Virus record (IMG/VR): IMGVR_UViG_3300028394_000040
DNA: 64,000 bases
Reading direction: 5' to 3' (one strand)
Origin: a virus
The notes beneath the pieces were generated by a model. That model searched no databases. It was not told the DNA's origin and saw only the letters and a program-made list of their open reading frames with translations. Made by a program: the position numbers and the translations under genes. Each line of letters begins with the position of its first letter. Positions within the stretch are counted from its first letter, which is position 1. Of this stretch, positions 39,404 through 48,203 are shown in pieces.

Positions 39404-41092
39404 TTAAACAATGTTTAATCCTGCAACTAATACTTTTCCATAAAACTCTGGGCGAACCATTTTCTTAGCGTAACGAGTCATGATACCTTTACGTGGAGTA
39501 AATGTATTTGGATCGTACACTAATGGAGTCATAATTAATGGAATATAAGGAGCGTAAACGGCACCAGTCTCTAAGAATTGGTTACCACGGAAGCCCATCA
39601 AAATAACGTTCTCAAGCATATATGGATTCTTGTACACTTTGTAACGAGAATTTAATTGACCTACTTTTTGAACACCGAATGCATACTTCATGTTGTCTGC
39701 AGCACCGTCTGTATCAGCGGCAAATCCTGGAATAGATTCCAAAATAGTCGATACAGCTGGAGAACATACTAAGAAATTAGCACCACCACGTAATGTACGC
39801 TGATGAATTGTGTTAGAAACTTTCTGTAACTTAATACCTAAAGTTTGGAACCAAGACATTTGAGTGTAGTATACACCTGATGTGTTACTATCGAATGCAG
39901 TAGTAGTAGCATTGATTTGATCACCTACTTTTGCAGACCAGTACTCAGTAATAGGAGCGTTTTGGATCAACATATCTAAGATTTCTAAGTCAATCTCTAA
40001 AGAGATATATTCAGATAACATAGAAGTTAATTCAGCTTCTGCATCTAATGAATGGTAAGCATTTAAGTCTTGAGCAAATTCTGGAGTCCATTGTGCTTTT
40101 AACTTACGAGTCTTAGCAGAGATAGCCTCAGAACGCATCTGTACGTTAATTTCTGGTATAACGATAGATGTTGCAGACTGATTGTTTGGATAAGCATATC
40201 CAGAAGTAGAATCTTCAAAGTCACCACGAGTAGCAAATCCTGTTTTCTTGCTGTATACAACTTTGTATGCACCAGCAGCAGCAACAGCTTCAGCATTAGA
40301 AGCAGATACTAAGAAGATAGCATTACCTCCATCTAAACGGTGGAAACGTTGTAAGTTATCACCAACTGCAACAGATCCTGAAGTCAAAATAAATGAACGA
40401 ATAGCGTTAGGATCGATGTTTGAATCGATAGACGCTGTAGGTACTGTGATTTTTTTGATTGACATACCAGCAGCTACCAAAGCGATAGAAGCAGAGAATG
40501 CTGAATCAAAATTAACATCAGACCAAGAAGCAGAAGCTACTGCAACACCAGAAGCGTTATAAGCTACAGATGCAGAGAAATCGTTAATTGAATAACCGAA
40601 ACGACCAGCATCATATAAACCACCTTGAGCAGCATTACCCATTCCACTGTCACCTACGTTAGTTTGGTAACCGAATAATGAACCGGAAGTTGCTCCAGTA
40701 GAGAAAGGATCTACACCAGAAGTTCCGTATTGGAAATCTAGATAGAAAATTAAACCAGCAGGTAAGTTCATTGGTTGTACTGAAACAAATTCTTTAGAAG
40801 CAATTTGTCCGAATACTTTACGTACCAAAGGAAGAGCTACACCAGCCCATTGTTCACCAGTACCAACTGTAAAGTTAGCACCTGAAGTTGTACCACCACC
40901 AGTAGAAGAAGATTCTACTACTAATTGTTTTGCTTGATTCTCTAGAATCATAGCCATGTTTTGCTTGTTTTGGCCTTCAAGACCTTCTAGCAAGCCGGAT
41001 TTGCCCCACTTCTTAACTAAACGCGCAGCATCAGATTGAACTGTATGGTACGGATTAGCAGATTCAAGCAACGAATGTAATGTATTTGACAT
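39404..41092 (-). CDS. gp23: Major capsid protein (T4 gp23-like)
   Basis: VSVQPMNLPAGLIFYLDF; AKTRKLKAQWTPEFAQDLNAYHSLDAEAELT; YAPYIPL..PRKGIMTRYA. Confidence 0.97.
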   Translation of the reverse strand: MSNTLHSLLESANPYHTVQSDAARLVKKWGKSGLLEGLEGQNKQNMAMILENQAKQLVVESSSTGGGTTSGANFTVGTGEQWAGVALPLVRKVFGQIASKEFVSVQPMNLPAGLIFYLDFQYGTSGVDPFSTGATSGSLFGYQTNVGDSGMGNAAQGGLYDAGRFGYSINDFSASVAYNASGVAVASASWSDVNFDSAFSASIALVAAGMSIKKITVPTASIDSNIDPNAIRSFILTSGSVAVGDNLQRFHRLDGGNAIFLVSASNAEAVAAAGAYKVVYSKKTGFATRGDFEDSTSGYAYPNNQSATSIVIPEINVQMRSEAISAKTRKLKAQWTPEFAQDLNAYHSLDAEAELTSMLSEYISLEIDLEILDMLIQNAPITEYWSAKVGDQINATTTAFDSNTSGVYYTQMSWFQTLGIKLQKVSNTIHQRTLRGGANFLVCSPAVSTILESIPGFAADTDGAADNMKYAFGVQKVGQLNSRYKVYKNPYMLENVILMGFRGNQFLETGAVYAPYIPLIMTPLVYDPNTFTPRKGIMTRYAKKMVRPEFYGKVLVAGLNIV

Positions 41093-41111
41093 CTCTAATT
41101 AAAAATTTAAA

Positions 41112-42137
41112 TTAAATATTTGGTTTTAAAATACCAGCAAGTTGTTGCATACGAGTTCTAATAGAATCAGACTCTACAATTAACTTTCCTGGTGCGTTTC
41201 CCATCGGCTTAGAAGCAAATCCGATAGATTCTTTTATTTGATTTTTCTCAGGTGCAATAAAGTTTTCATTAAGTACACTATAAGTGTTTTTAACTTCTTT
41301 TACTGTATTAGCACGGTCGAATGCATTAAGTACTTTAGCTTTTTGTGCCGATGATAAGTTTTTAGATTCGAAAATTTTCGAAGTATAAAGCAACTTAGCA
41401 TTGAATAGATTTAATTCGTTAATAGAACTACGTAACTCTTGAATAGTTGCGTTAGCTTTATTTAACTCTTCTTCCATCTTATGCTTATCTTCATCTTCAT
41501 GATCTTCATTACCTTTTTTCATTTTTTTAGCTTCTTCAATAGCTTCTTCTTCTTGAAGTTCTGCTAAAATTTCATCTAGACTAATAGACTCATCGCCGTC
41601 ACCAGCCATTGCATCTAAATCTTCTATACCTTCTTCACCTGCTTCCTCACCAGCATTACCGGCAAGTACATCAGCTACAACATCGCGAACTAACTCTTTG
41701 AATTCTTCTACTGATAATTCAGCAACTTCTTGAGATCCCTCTTCAGCTTCTTCTCCAGCTTCGATTCCAGCTACTTCAGCTTCTTCTTCACCTTCTTCTT
41801 CTGCATCATCGTCTTTCTTAGCTTCCTCCATATCGTGTTTGTCTAAGCCTTCTTCTAGATTATCTTCTTCCATCTTCTCCTTACCTTCTTCGGCAGTTAA
41901 TTCAGCAAGAATTTCATCTAGAGTAGCCTCATCCATAATACCTATAGATTCTTCCATATCTCCTGATGTTGTATCATCATCGTACTCTTCTTCGAGTTCG
42001 TTTACTTTTAAGCGAAACATCTCCTGAATCTTAGGAGTGAATGCCTCGGCAATTTGCTGCTTAGCTGCTTCCATTGTAATATCTTTCAACTGCTTAGCAT
42101 CAGCGATTGCCTGTTTGTACAGATCTTGTTTTGACAT
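41112..42137 (-). CDS. Prohead core scaffold protein (T4 gp22-like)
   Basis: Highly acidic with coiled coils and many (I/L/M)xE motifs; lies between the protease and capsid genes. Confidence 0.75.
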   Translation of the reverse strand: MSKQDLYKQAIADAKQLKDITMEAAKQQIAEAFTPKIQEMFRLKVNELEEEYDDDTTSGDMEESIGIMDEATLDEILAELTAEEGKEKMEEDNLEEGLDKHDMEEAKKDDDAEEEGEEEAEVAGIEAGEEAEEGSQEVAELSVEEFKELVRDVVADVLAGNAGEEAGEEGIEDLDAMAGDGDESISLDEILAELQEEEAIEEAKKMKKGNEDHEDEDKHKMEEELNKANATIQELRSSINELNLFNAKLLYTSKIFESKNLSSAQKAKVLNAFDRANTVKEVKNTYSVLNENFIAPEKNQIKESIGFASKPMGNAPGKLIVESDSIRTRMQQLAGILKPNI

Positions 42138-42268
42138 AATAAATAAATTGTCGGGATTGCCTATTTAGAGGACAATATTGGATTGTTATGATTAAAGCTA
42201 TATTGAGATAGCTTATATATTCATAAATATACATATCTAGCCGAGAATGCTAGATCGAGAAAAAAAAA

Positions 42269-42895
42269 TTAATTTAAACAGCAGATTCCTGTCTGGGTGC
42301 AAATGATATCTGAGATCAATGAGTGCACTTTTCCGTAAGAATCTTCTAGGATTGGCGTGTACCCTTCTTGTAACCCTCCTACAGGCTTAACGAAGGCTCC
42401 ATAAGTAGAAGGTGTCGAAACAAAGTCCCAACAGATTAACTCCAAATCATCTTCTACCTGTACCAATCCTTCCCCTAAAGGGGATGTAGAGCCTAAAGCT
42501 CTAGAAGATACTCCAACATTTATTCCATTAAGGAATAATTCTTTTAATATATTGCCTGATGGTGTAGGTAAAACTTCGAATCTTCCGTAAAGATCTTGTC
42601 CCTCCCACCATAATTCGGTAATTAAATGGCAAACGTTTTTTAAGTTTATTACTGAAGTTTCTGGGTGATCTAGTTCTCCTGTAGCTCTTTTTTCTGCTAT
42701 AGGCCCTTTAACGTACTTATCTACTTCACGTCTCAATGTATCGAAATCATATACTCTACGGTTAGCGTTAGGCTTACCGGCTGCTTGAACCTTTCCTTCT
42801 ACAATTAAATTCTTACTAGGATTCATTCTAGCCTCGTTTAACATACGAGGGCTAGGTTCAAATAACATATAATCAATTAATACTTGCTTAGCCAT
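42269..42895 (-). CDS. gp21: Prohead protease (T4 gp21-like)
   Basis: NANRRVY..GELDHP..GVSSRALGS..WDFVSTPS. Confidence 0.93.
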   Translation of the reverse strand: MAKQVLIDYMLFEPSPRMLNEARMNPSKNLIVEGKVQAAGKPNANRRVYDFDTLRREVDKYVKGPIAEKRATGELDHPETSVINLKNVCHLITELWWEGQDLYGRFEVLPTPSGNILKELFLNGINVGVSSRALGSTSPLGEGLVQVEDDLELICWDFVSTPSTYGAFVKPVGGLQEGYTPILEDSYGKVHSLISDIICTQTGICCLN

Positions 42896-42899
42896 ATTC

Positions 42900-44543
42900 T
42901 TATTTAAACAACTTACGAAGGTTTTTATCTAATGCCGCGTTCAAATCGCCTTCCTTTATTAATTTTATTTTAGAGAAAGTCCTTTTAGTTCCTCTCATCT
43001 CTTTAACTCCTTCCGGATTCTTTTTACCTCTTTCTTTCTTACCTAAAGATGTTTGAACATTAGCTGTTACTTTTTCTACGCCTTTAATTTTAGCCATTCC
43101 ATCCTCCTCTACTTTAACTTCCTTTACTTTTTTAGGTTTTTCTCCTTTATTAGAAATTAAAGTTGTATAGTAGTTAGGATCAGAAGATAAGTTCTTTAAA
43201 ACTTTCTTACCTGCTTTAGCAAAATCTTCGTCAGTTACTGTGTTTTGATCCCAATTAGGAGCAGGTAGAGTAGCATACCCTAGTTCCCATTGCATTCCTT
43301 TTCTGAATTCATAAGGGTTAACTGTATCTAAAGTCAATTCATGTTTAATAGCTTCATTTAAGCCTGATTTTTCGGTATAAATTATTTTATTATTTATAAA
43401 ATCATAAGAGAATACTACTGAAGACCTTCCGAAATAATCATCGGCATTAGGAGAAAAAGAACCATCAATAGCCTTTATAGAGCCATCATCATTATAGTCA
43501 ACAAACATGTCATAATCATGCCTACCTACATTAGGATAATCGTCTAAAATAGCTTTACCTATTTGAGAAAATTCTTTTGGCATTCCGTTTTTGCCAGCTT
43601 TTGTAATTAGTTCATCAATATACCCCTCAAAAGCGGCGTCATGACCTTCTAGATACGAAGTGTCACTAACATATTCTTCTTTTTCTTTCATCATACCCGC
43701 CGTAGCAATAAGGGTAGCTAAAGCAGTACTATTTCCTCTTTCAGCATCTTCAGCTGCTTTTTTTACCAATTTAGGGTCTAGCTTCTTATCTCTAATAGCT
43801 TTCTCTACTCTATCTGATACAGGGTCTTCATTTAAACTATATGCAGGATACTCTTTTTCACCCCATCCGAACAAACGTCCTGTAGCTAAAATATTTTTTC
43901 TTATCCTTTCTGCTTCTTCTGTCTTACCTTGTTTAAATAATTCAAGGCCTTTTTTGTATCTAGCATCTACATTTTCTGGGCCTATAAAGTTAGAATTATC
44001 ATCCCCCACTGCTTCATCCATACCAGGTCCGTCATGTTGAGCTTTTTCATAGCCCATATCCCAGTTTTTATGCTCAGAAGTATCTCCTTCATAAGGATTT
44101 TCTTCTTGGTGACTACCTGCTTCAAATGCATCATATCCTTCTTGCCATGCAGCATCTGGATTATAGTCTTTACCTGCTTCATCCATACCGCCTCTTTCAC
44201 TTCTAAACCTAGCATTATCGTGGGCCATTTGACCTTCAGACTCAGCATCTATCCATCCGTCAGTCCATTCCTCGTACTTATCTGGTTCGTAATCCTTACT
44301 GTATGGATTATCTGTATAGTTTTTTCTTGATTTATTAGCAGCCTTACCTTGGTTATAAGCTGATTCTTCAGGAAAAGATTCTTCTCTTATAATTCCTTTG
44401 TTCTTTAATATTTGAACAGCATCGCTATACGATGTAAGATTAGTAATAAAAGGTAACATACTATCTCTCCTTACCTCGTAAAGAAATTTCTCACGGCTTA
44501 CTCCACCGGCTTTATGTTTTTTGTATAAATCTACTGTTGTCAT
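42900..44543 (-). CDS. Multi-module putative head-internal protein with two RMF-like repeats
   Basis: Two AYxxG..NPY..WxxG(W/Y) units; modules separated by IREE, MDEA, MDEA, LNED and LNEA. Confidence 0.55.
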   Translation of the reverse strand: MTTVDLYKKHKAGGVSREKFLYEVRRDSMLPFITNLTSYSDAVQILKNKGIIREESFPEESAYNQGKAANKSRKNYTDNPYSKDYEPDKYEEWTDGWIDAESEGQMAHDNARFRSERGGMDEAGKDYNPDAAWQEGYDAFEAGSHQEENPYEGDTSEHKNWDMGYEKAQHDGPGMDEAVGDDNSNFIGPENVDARYKKGLELFKQGKTEEAERIRKNILATGRLFGWGEKEYPAYSLNEDPVSDRVEKAIRDKKLDPKLVKKAAEDAERGNSTALATLIATAGMMKEKEEYVSDTSYLEGHDAAFEGYIDELITKAGKNGMPKEFSQIGKAILDDYPNVGRHDYDMFVDYNDDGSIKAIDGSFSPNADDYFGRSSVVFSYDFINNKIIYTEKSGLNEAIKHELTLDTVNPYEFRKGMQWELGYATLPAPNWDQNTVTDEDFAKAGKKVLKNLSSDPNYYTTLISNKGEKPKKVKEVKVEEDGMAKIKGVEKVTANVQTSLGKKERGKKNPEGVKEMRGTKRTFSKIKLIKEGDLNAALDKNLRKLFK

Positions 44544-44561
44544 ATTAATAAATATTACGAA

Positions 44562-44687
44562 TTACCTCCCTTGTCCTCTATATTTTCTTTTTACAGCTTT
44601 CTCTTTAGGTCCGTTGGTCTTTTTATGTTTACCTACCCTACGGGTTCCGAAAGTAACTTTGCGGTTTTCTTTAACAACCTTTGCCAT
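44562..44687 (-). CDS. 41-aa basic peptide ending YRGQGR (not in the ORF track)
   Basis: MAKVVKENRKVTFGTRRVGKHKKTNGPKEKAVKRKYRGQGR*; fills the intergenic gap, with ATG 1 nt after the upstream stop. Confidence 0.7.
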   Translation of the reverse strand: MAKVVKENRKVTFGTRRVGKHKKTNGPKEKAVKRKYRGQGR

Positions 44688-44688
44688 G

Positions 44689-45357
44689 TTATTTAAATTT
44701 TCTAGCTTTTAAATGTAACTGTGTAACCATTTCCTTAATTTGAGTTAAGGCGTTTTCTGTATGCTTTTTATATTTTAGTCCGTCACCTGCTTCGTTCAAT
44801 TCGCTCTTTAATCTATCAACGTATTCAAATAGTCGATTAATTTCCTGAACTCTTTTCTTTACAGCTTTAACTGCTTGATGAAACTGTTCTGGTTTAGATC
44901 TTGTCTTAGTTTCGTTTCTAAATTGAGAATAATTTTCATTTATACCTTTAACATTTAAAAGCTTAGATATAATATCTAACACCTTCTCTGCTGTTATATG
45001 ACCTTCTTGATAGCCGTGAAATAACATTTTCTTGACATCAGGATCTAAATTAGGATTATTCAAAGCAGAAACTACCATGTCGGTATTTTCATAAAGTTGC
45101 TTGTAGTCAATCATTCCAGATTTGCGATTAGGTATAGAAGGAGCTAGTTTATATCCAAATTTTTCGACAGCATAGTTATGCTTTACTTTACCTGCTGCAA
45201 GCATTGGTGCATCTTCTTTTATTTTTTTTACTTTTCCTTTAGCGAAATACTGTTCACCTGCTCCAGGAGTTGCGGTAGCACCAGTAGTAGTTCCGCCTAC
45301 GGTAGATGATTCTTCTTTTTGCAGTAACTCGTCTAGTATTTCCTCTAAAGATTTCAT
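44689..45357 (-). CDS. Hypothetical head-associated protein
   Basis: In the head operon; IKED, LYEN and INEN motifs; C-terminal coiled coil. Confidence 0.55.
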   Translation of the reverse strand: MKSLEEILDELLQKEESSTVGGTTTGATATPGAGEQYFAKGKVKKIKEDAPMLAAGKVKHNYAVEKFGYKLAPSIPNRKSGMIDYKQLYENTDMVVSALNNPNLDPDVKKMLFHGYQEGHITAEKVLDIISKLLNVKGINENYSQFRNETKTRSKPEQFHQAVKAVKKRVQEINRLFEYVDRLKSELNEAGDGLKYKKHTENALTQIKEMVTQLHLKARKFK

Positions 45358-46229
45358 TATAAAGTAGCTTTAATTTCCTTTACTAACTCGATATACTGCA
45401 TAATTGATACTAAATGATCGTCTTTTATTGACTGCTTCATTTCAATCGGCTTAATTAAGCTTACTACCTCGTTTAGTTTAATTGTAACTACTTTATCTTT
45501 TACTTTTGATTTTAAATTAGTTAATTCAGTCTTTACTTCCTCTAACTTGTTATTCAAATATTTTTTTAACTCTACAGTATCCGAAATGTTATTGATATAT
45601 TCTCTTAAAACATCCTTCTGTTCGTCAGATAGCTCTATATACCTTTCGTTAAACTTCTCTACTAAGATTCTAAAGGCAAGAGTACGAACATCTTTGTCCT
45701 CTCTCATAAACTCCTCTACTACTTTTCTTTCTAATTTTTTTTCATCTTGCAAATCTTGAGTAACATGCTCAAGTATAGTCATTTTATTTGTAACTAATTG
45801 CTTAGGATTTGTAAACAGCTTTGAATAATTAGCTTCTAAAAGAGTATATATTGCTGCTGATAATTTATAGTTGTTAACTTTTGCGTTAAAGAAGTTATCT
45901 ACTTCATAACACTTGCGTATTTCTTTAATAAGATTAAACTTTTCCTTATTTAGTTTATCATGATCTAGTTTCTTACCTTCTTCTATAATAGTAGAAATTA
46001 AAGTATTAGCTCTTGATTCGTTGATTTTAGGAGAATTTAATAAAGTACTATAAAGAGTAAACTCTTTTGAAAGTTCTGTATTAGTGTAATACTTCTTTAA
46101 AATATCTACTGCCTTAGATTCCTTATTAGTCATCATATCAGATGTTATTTGTCTAACAAGTAGTTCAAAAAGTATCCCTGTATTTTTATATTTAGAATGT
46201 TTCTTAATAGAGTTCATATTATAGTACAA
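45357..46229 (-). CDS. Helical prohead-core-type protein
   Basis: KHSKYKNTGILFELLVRQIT; immediately downstream of the portal. The true start may be the second Met (46217). Confidence 0.55.
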   Translation of the reverse strand: MYYNMNSIKKHSKYKNTGILFELLVRQITSDMMTNKESKAVDILKKYYTNTELSKEFTLYSTLLNSPKINESRANTLISTIIEEGKKLDHDKLNKEKFNLIKEIRKCYEVDNFFNAKVNNYKLSAAIYTLLEANYSKLFTNPKQLVTNKMTILEHVTQDLQDEKKLERKVVEEFMREDKDVRTLAFRILVEKFNERYIELSDEQKDVLREYINNISDTVELKKYLNNKLEEVKTELTNLKSKVKDKVVTIKLNEVVSLIKPIEMKQSIKDDHLVSIMQYIELVKEIKATL

Positions 46230-46250
46230 TGCTATTATAAATAGAAGTTT

Positions 46251-48185
46251 TTACAAAAGATCTTCTTTTATATTACCTTCGTCAAGTAAACTGTTTTGTT
46301 CGAATAGAGTTATTTTACGTTTGTTTAAATTATCGAACAAACCTTTATTCTGGTGGTATACCGTTTGAGCTACTGCATTCTCTAATGCTAAAGCTGAACC
46401 ACCTGTGTATTTATGTCGTAACCCACCGTCTTCCCCACCTAATGGTTTACTTTTCATATCGTACGTACCCATTCTATCTCTTCCTAAAGGATCGGCCGGA
46501 GTATTAATGAATGATTGCTTTTCAGTAGGTCTTCCAGGTACTCTTTTCGGTTCAGATGGATTTTTCTCGTCATATCCTACTGGAACTTCTGTAGCTGCAG
46601 TATAATTAGAGTTACCTCCGTATAAACTTGCTATCTGGTGAGGCGTTCCAAATGCTTCTCCTGATGTAGCAGGATCATTTCCTTCTTCTGCTACTTGTTT
46701 AAATCTGAAATCTCTCTTCTTATCTTCCAAAAGTTGATCTCTTATGTCGTCATATTCAGACTCACTAAGGTGGAATAGGTTATGGTATATCCAATCTGTA
46801 GGGAAAAGACTATTCTCTTGCATTTGACTTGCAAGATCAATCTTTTCTTTCATTAATGCTATTCTCTCTTGGTCATAAATGATAGACGGAGTAGTTAAAC
46901 TTAATTCAAAGTTTACTAGTGAATCATTTGTGTATCCCTGAGTGTATAAGTGTACTAAAGCTATCTTAGTTAATTCAGAAAGAACTATGCGCTGAATACG
47001 TTCTACGGTACGTGCAAAGCGTATATCTTCAGCTGCTAAAGTAGCTTTACCAGTCAAGTCCTTTTCATACCCCATAAAGGCTTTAGGAATCTTTAACGCT
47101 GCAAATAACTTATCACGTAAATAGTCAACATCTTCTATACCATTGTACTGAAGTCCTGGAACTGTATCGATTCTAGTTGTAGTATCATTACCACGGACAG
47201 GTATAAAGTAATCTTCTAAAAGGTTTTGAATGTTATACTTTAAGTTATACTGCCCGGTTTGTGGATCAATATAAGGTATCTTCTTCATTTTAGATATCAT
47301 CTTTTGCATATAATTCTCTACCTCGTTTGGAGGAATAGAACCTACATTAAGATAATAAGCTCTCTTATCAGGAGCTCTTACGATACGGTGAATCATCATC
47401 GCATCTTCCATTAATACCAATTGCTTAAATACTTTTCTACCAGGTTCTAAATAAGAACGTCCATAAGGAAGATAGTTTACATCGCCTATAAGACGGAAGT
47501 GAGCCATTTCGAAATTTTCGAAGAAAATAGTATCTGCTCCACTTCCTAATAAGTTAGCATATGTTGCTTGATACCCACTAGCCCCACTAGCTACAGCAGT
47601 TGGGTCATATTTAAACTTTACGTAAGAAGGATTTTTTATATCTGTTCCTTCTTCTCTAACAATAGTATATGCAGAAAAAGGAATAACGTTATAAACACCT
47701 ACCTTTTCAGCAATCTCTAGCTTTAAATAGAAATCACCAAACTTACACATATTTCTAATCCATGACCATAAATTAAATTCTATATTTAATACGTCGTAGA
47801 ATAAATTGTAAAGTATTTTTTGAATATTCTCGTCAGATGAACGTATCTGTAATACCTCTCCTTGCTCGTTCTTTAACGTTGATTCGTCTGATATAATATC
47901 TAACGCTGATGCTATGATAGCTTCTGTATCCATTGCCTCGTAATCAGCATAAAGCTGGATACGCATTGTGGTGTAATTCTGAGAGGTATTTAAATTATAG
48001 GAGTAAGAGTTAGAAGTTGTATATACCTTATTAAATCTATCTACTAGAGCATTAGTCTGTAAAACACCTTGAGTTTGGATACGATCTGTATCCATTACCT
48101 TTACTTCGTTACCCCCAACATTACGGATTATTACATCAGTTGAAAAGAGTCTCTTTAATCTATCAAAAACATTACTGTCTGCCAT
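46251..48185 (-). CDS. gp20: Portal protein (T4 gp20-like)
   Basis: IASALDIISDE..YGRSYLE..LMEDAMMIHRIVRAPDKRAYYLNVG..EDYFIPVR..IEDVDYLRDKLFAALKIPK. Confidence 0.95.
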   Translation of the reverse strand: MADSNVFDRLKRLFSTDVIIRNVGGNEVKVMDTDRIQTQGVLQTNALVDRFNKVYTTSNSYSYNLNTSQNYTTMRIQLYADYEAMDTEAIIASALDIISDESTLKNEQGEVLQIRSSDENIQKILYNLFYDVLNIEFNLWSWIRNMCKFGDFYLKLEIAEKVGVYNVIPFSAYTIVREEGTDIKNPSYVKFKYDPTAVASGASGYQATYANLLGSGADTIFFENFEMAHFRLIGDVNYLPYGRSYLEPGRKVFKQLVLMEDAMMIHRIVRAPDKRAYYLNVGSIPPNEVENYMQKMISKMKKIPYIDPQTGQYNLKYNIQNLLEDYFIPVRGNDTTTRIDTVPGLQYNGIEDVDYLRDKLFAALKIPKAFMGYEKDLTGKATLAAEDIRFARTVERIQRIVLSELTKIALVHLYTQGYTNDSLVNFELSLTTPSIIYDQERIALMKEKIDLASQMQENSLFPTDWIYHNLFHLSESEYDDIRDQLLEDKKRDFRFKQVAEEGNDPATSGEAFGTPHQIASLYGGNSNYTAATEVPVGYDEKNPSEPKRVPGRPTEKQSFINTPADPLGRDRMGTYDMKSKPLGGEDGGLRHKYTGGSALALENAVAQTVYHQNKGLFDNLNKRKITLFEQNSLLDEGNIKEDLL

Positions 48186-48203
48186 GTATATAAATATTAA
48201 ATT

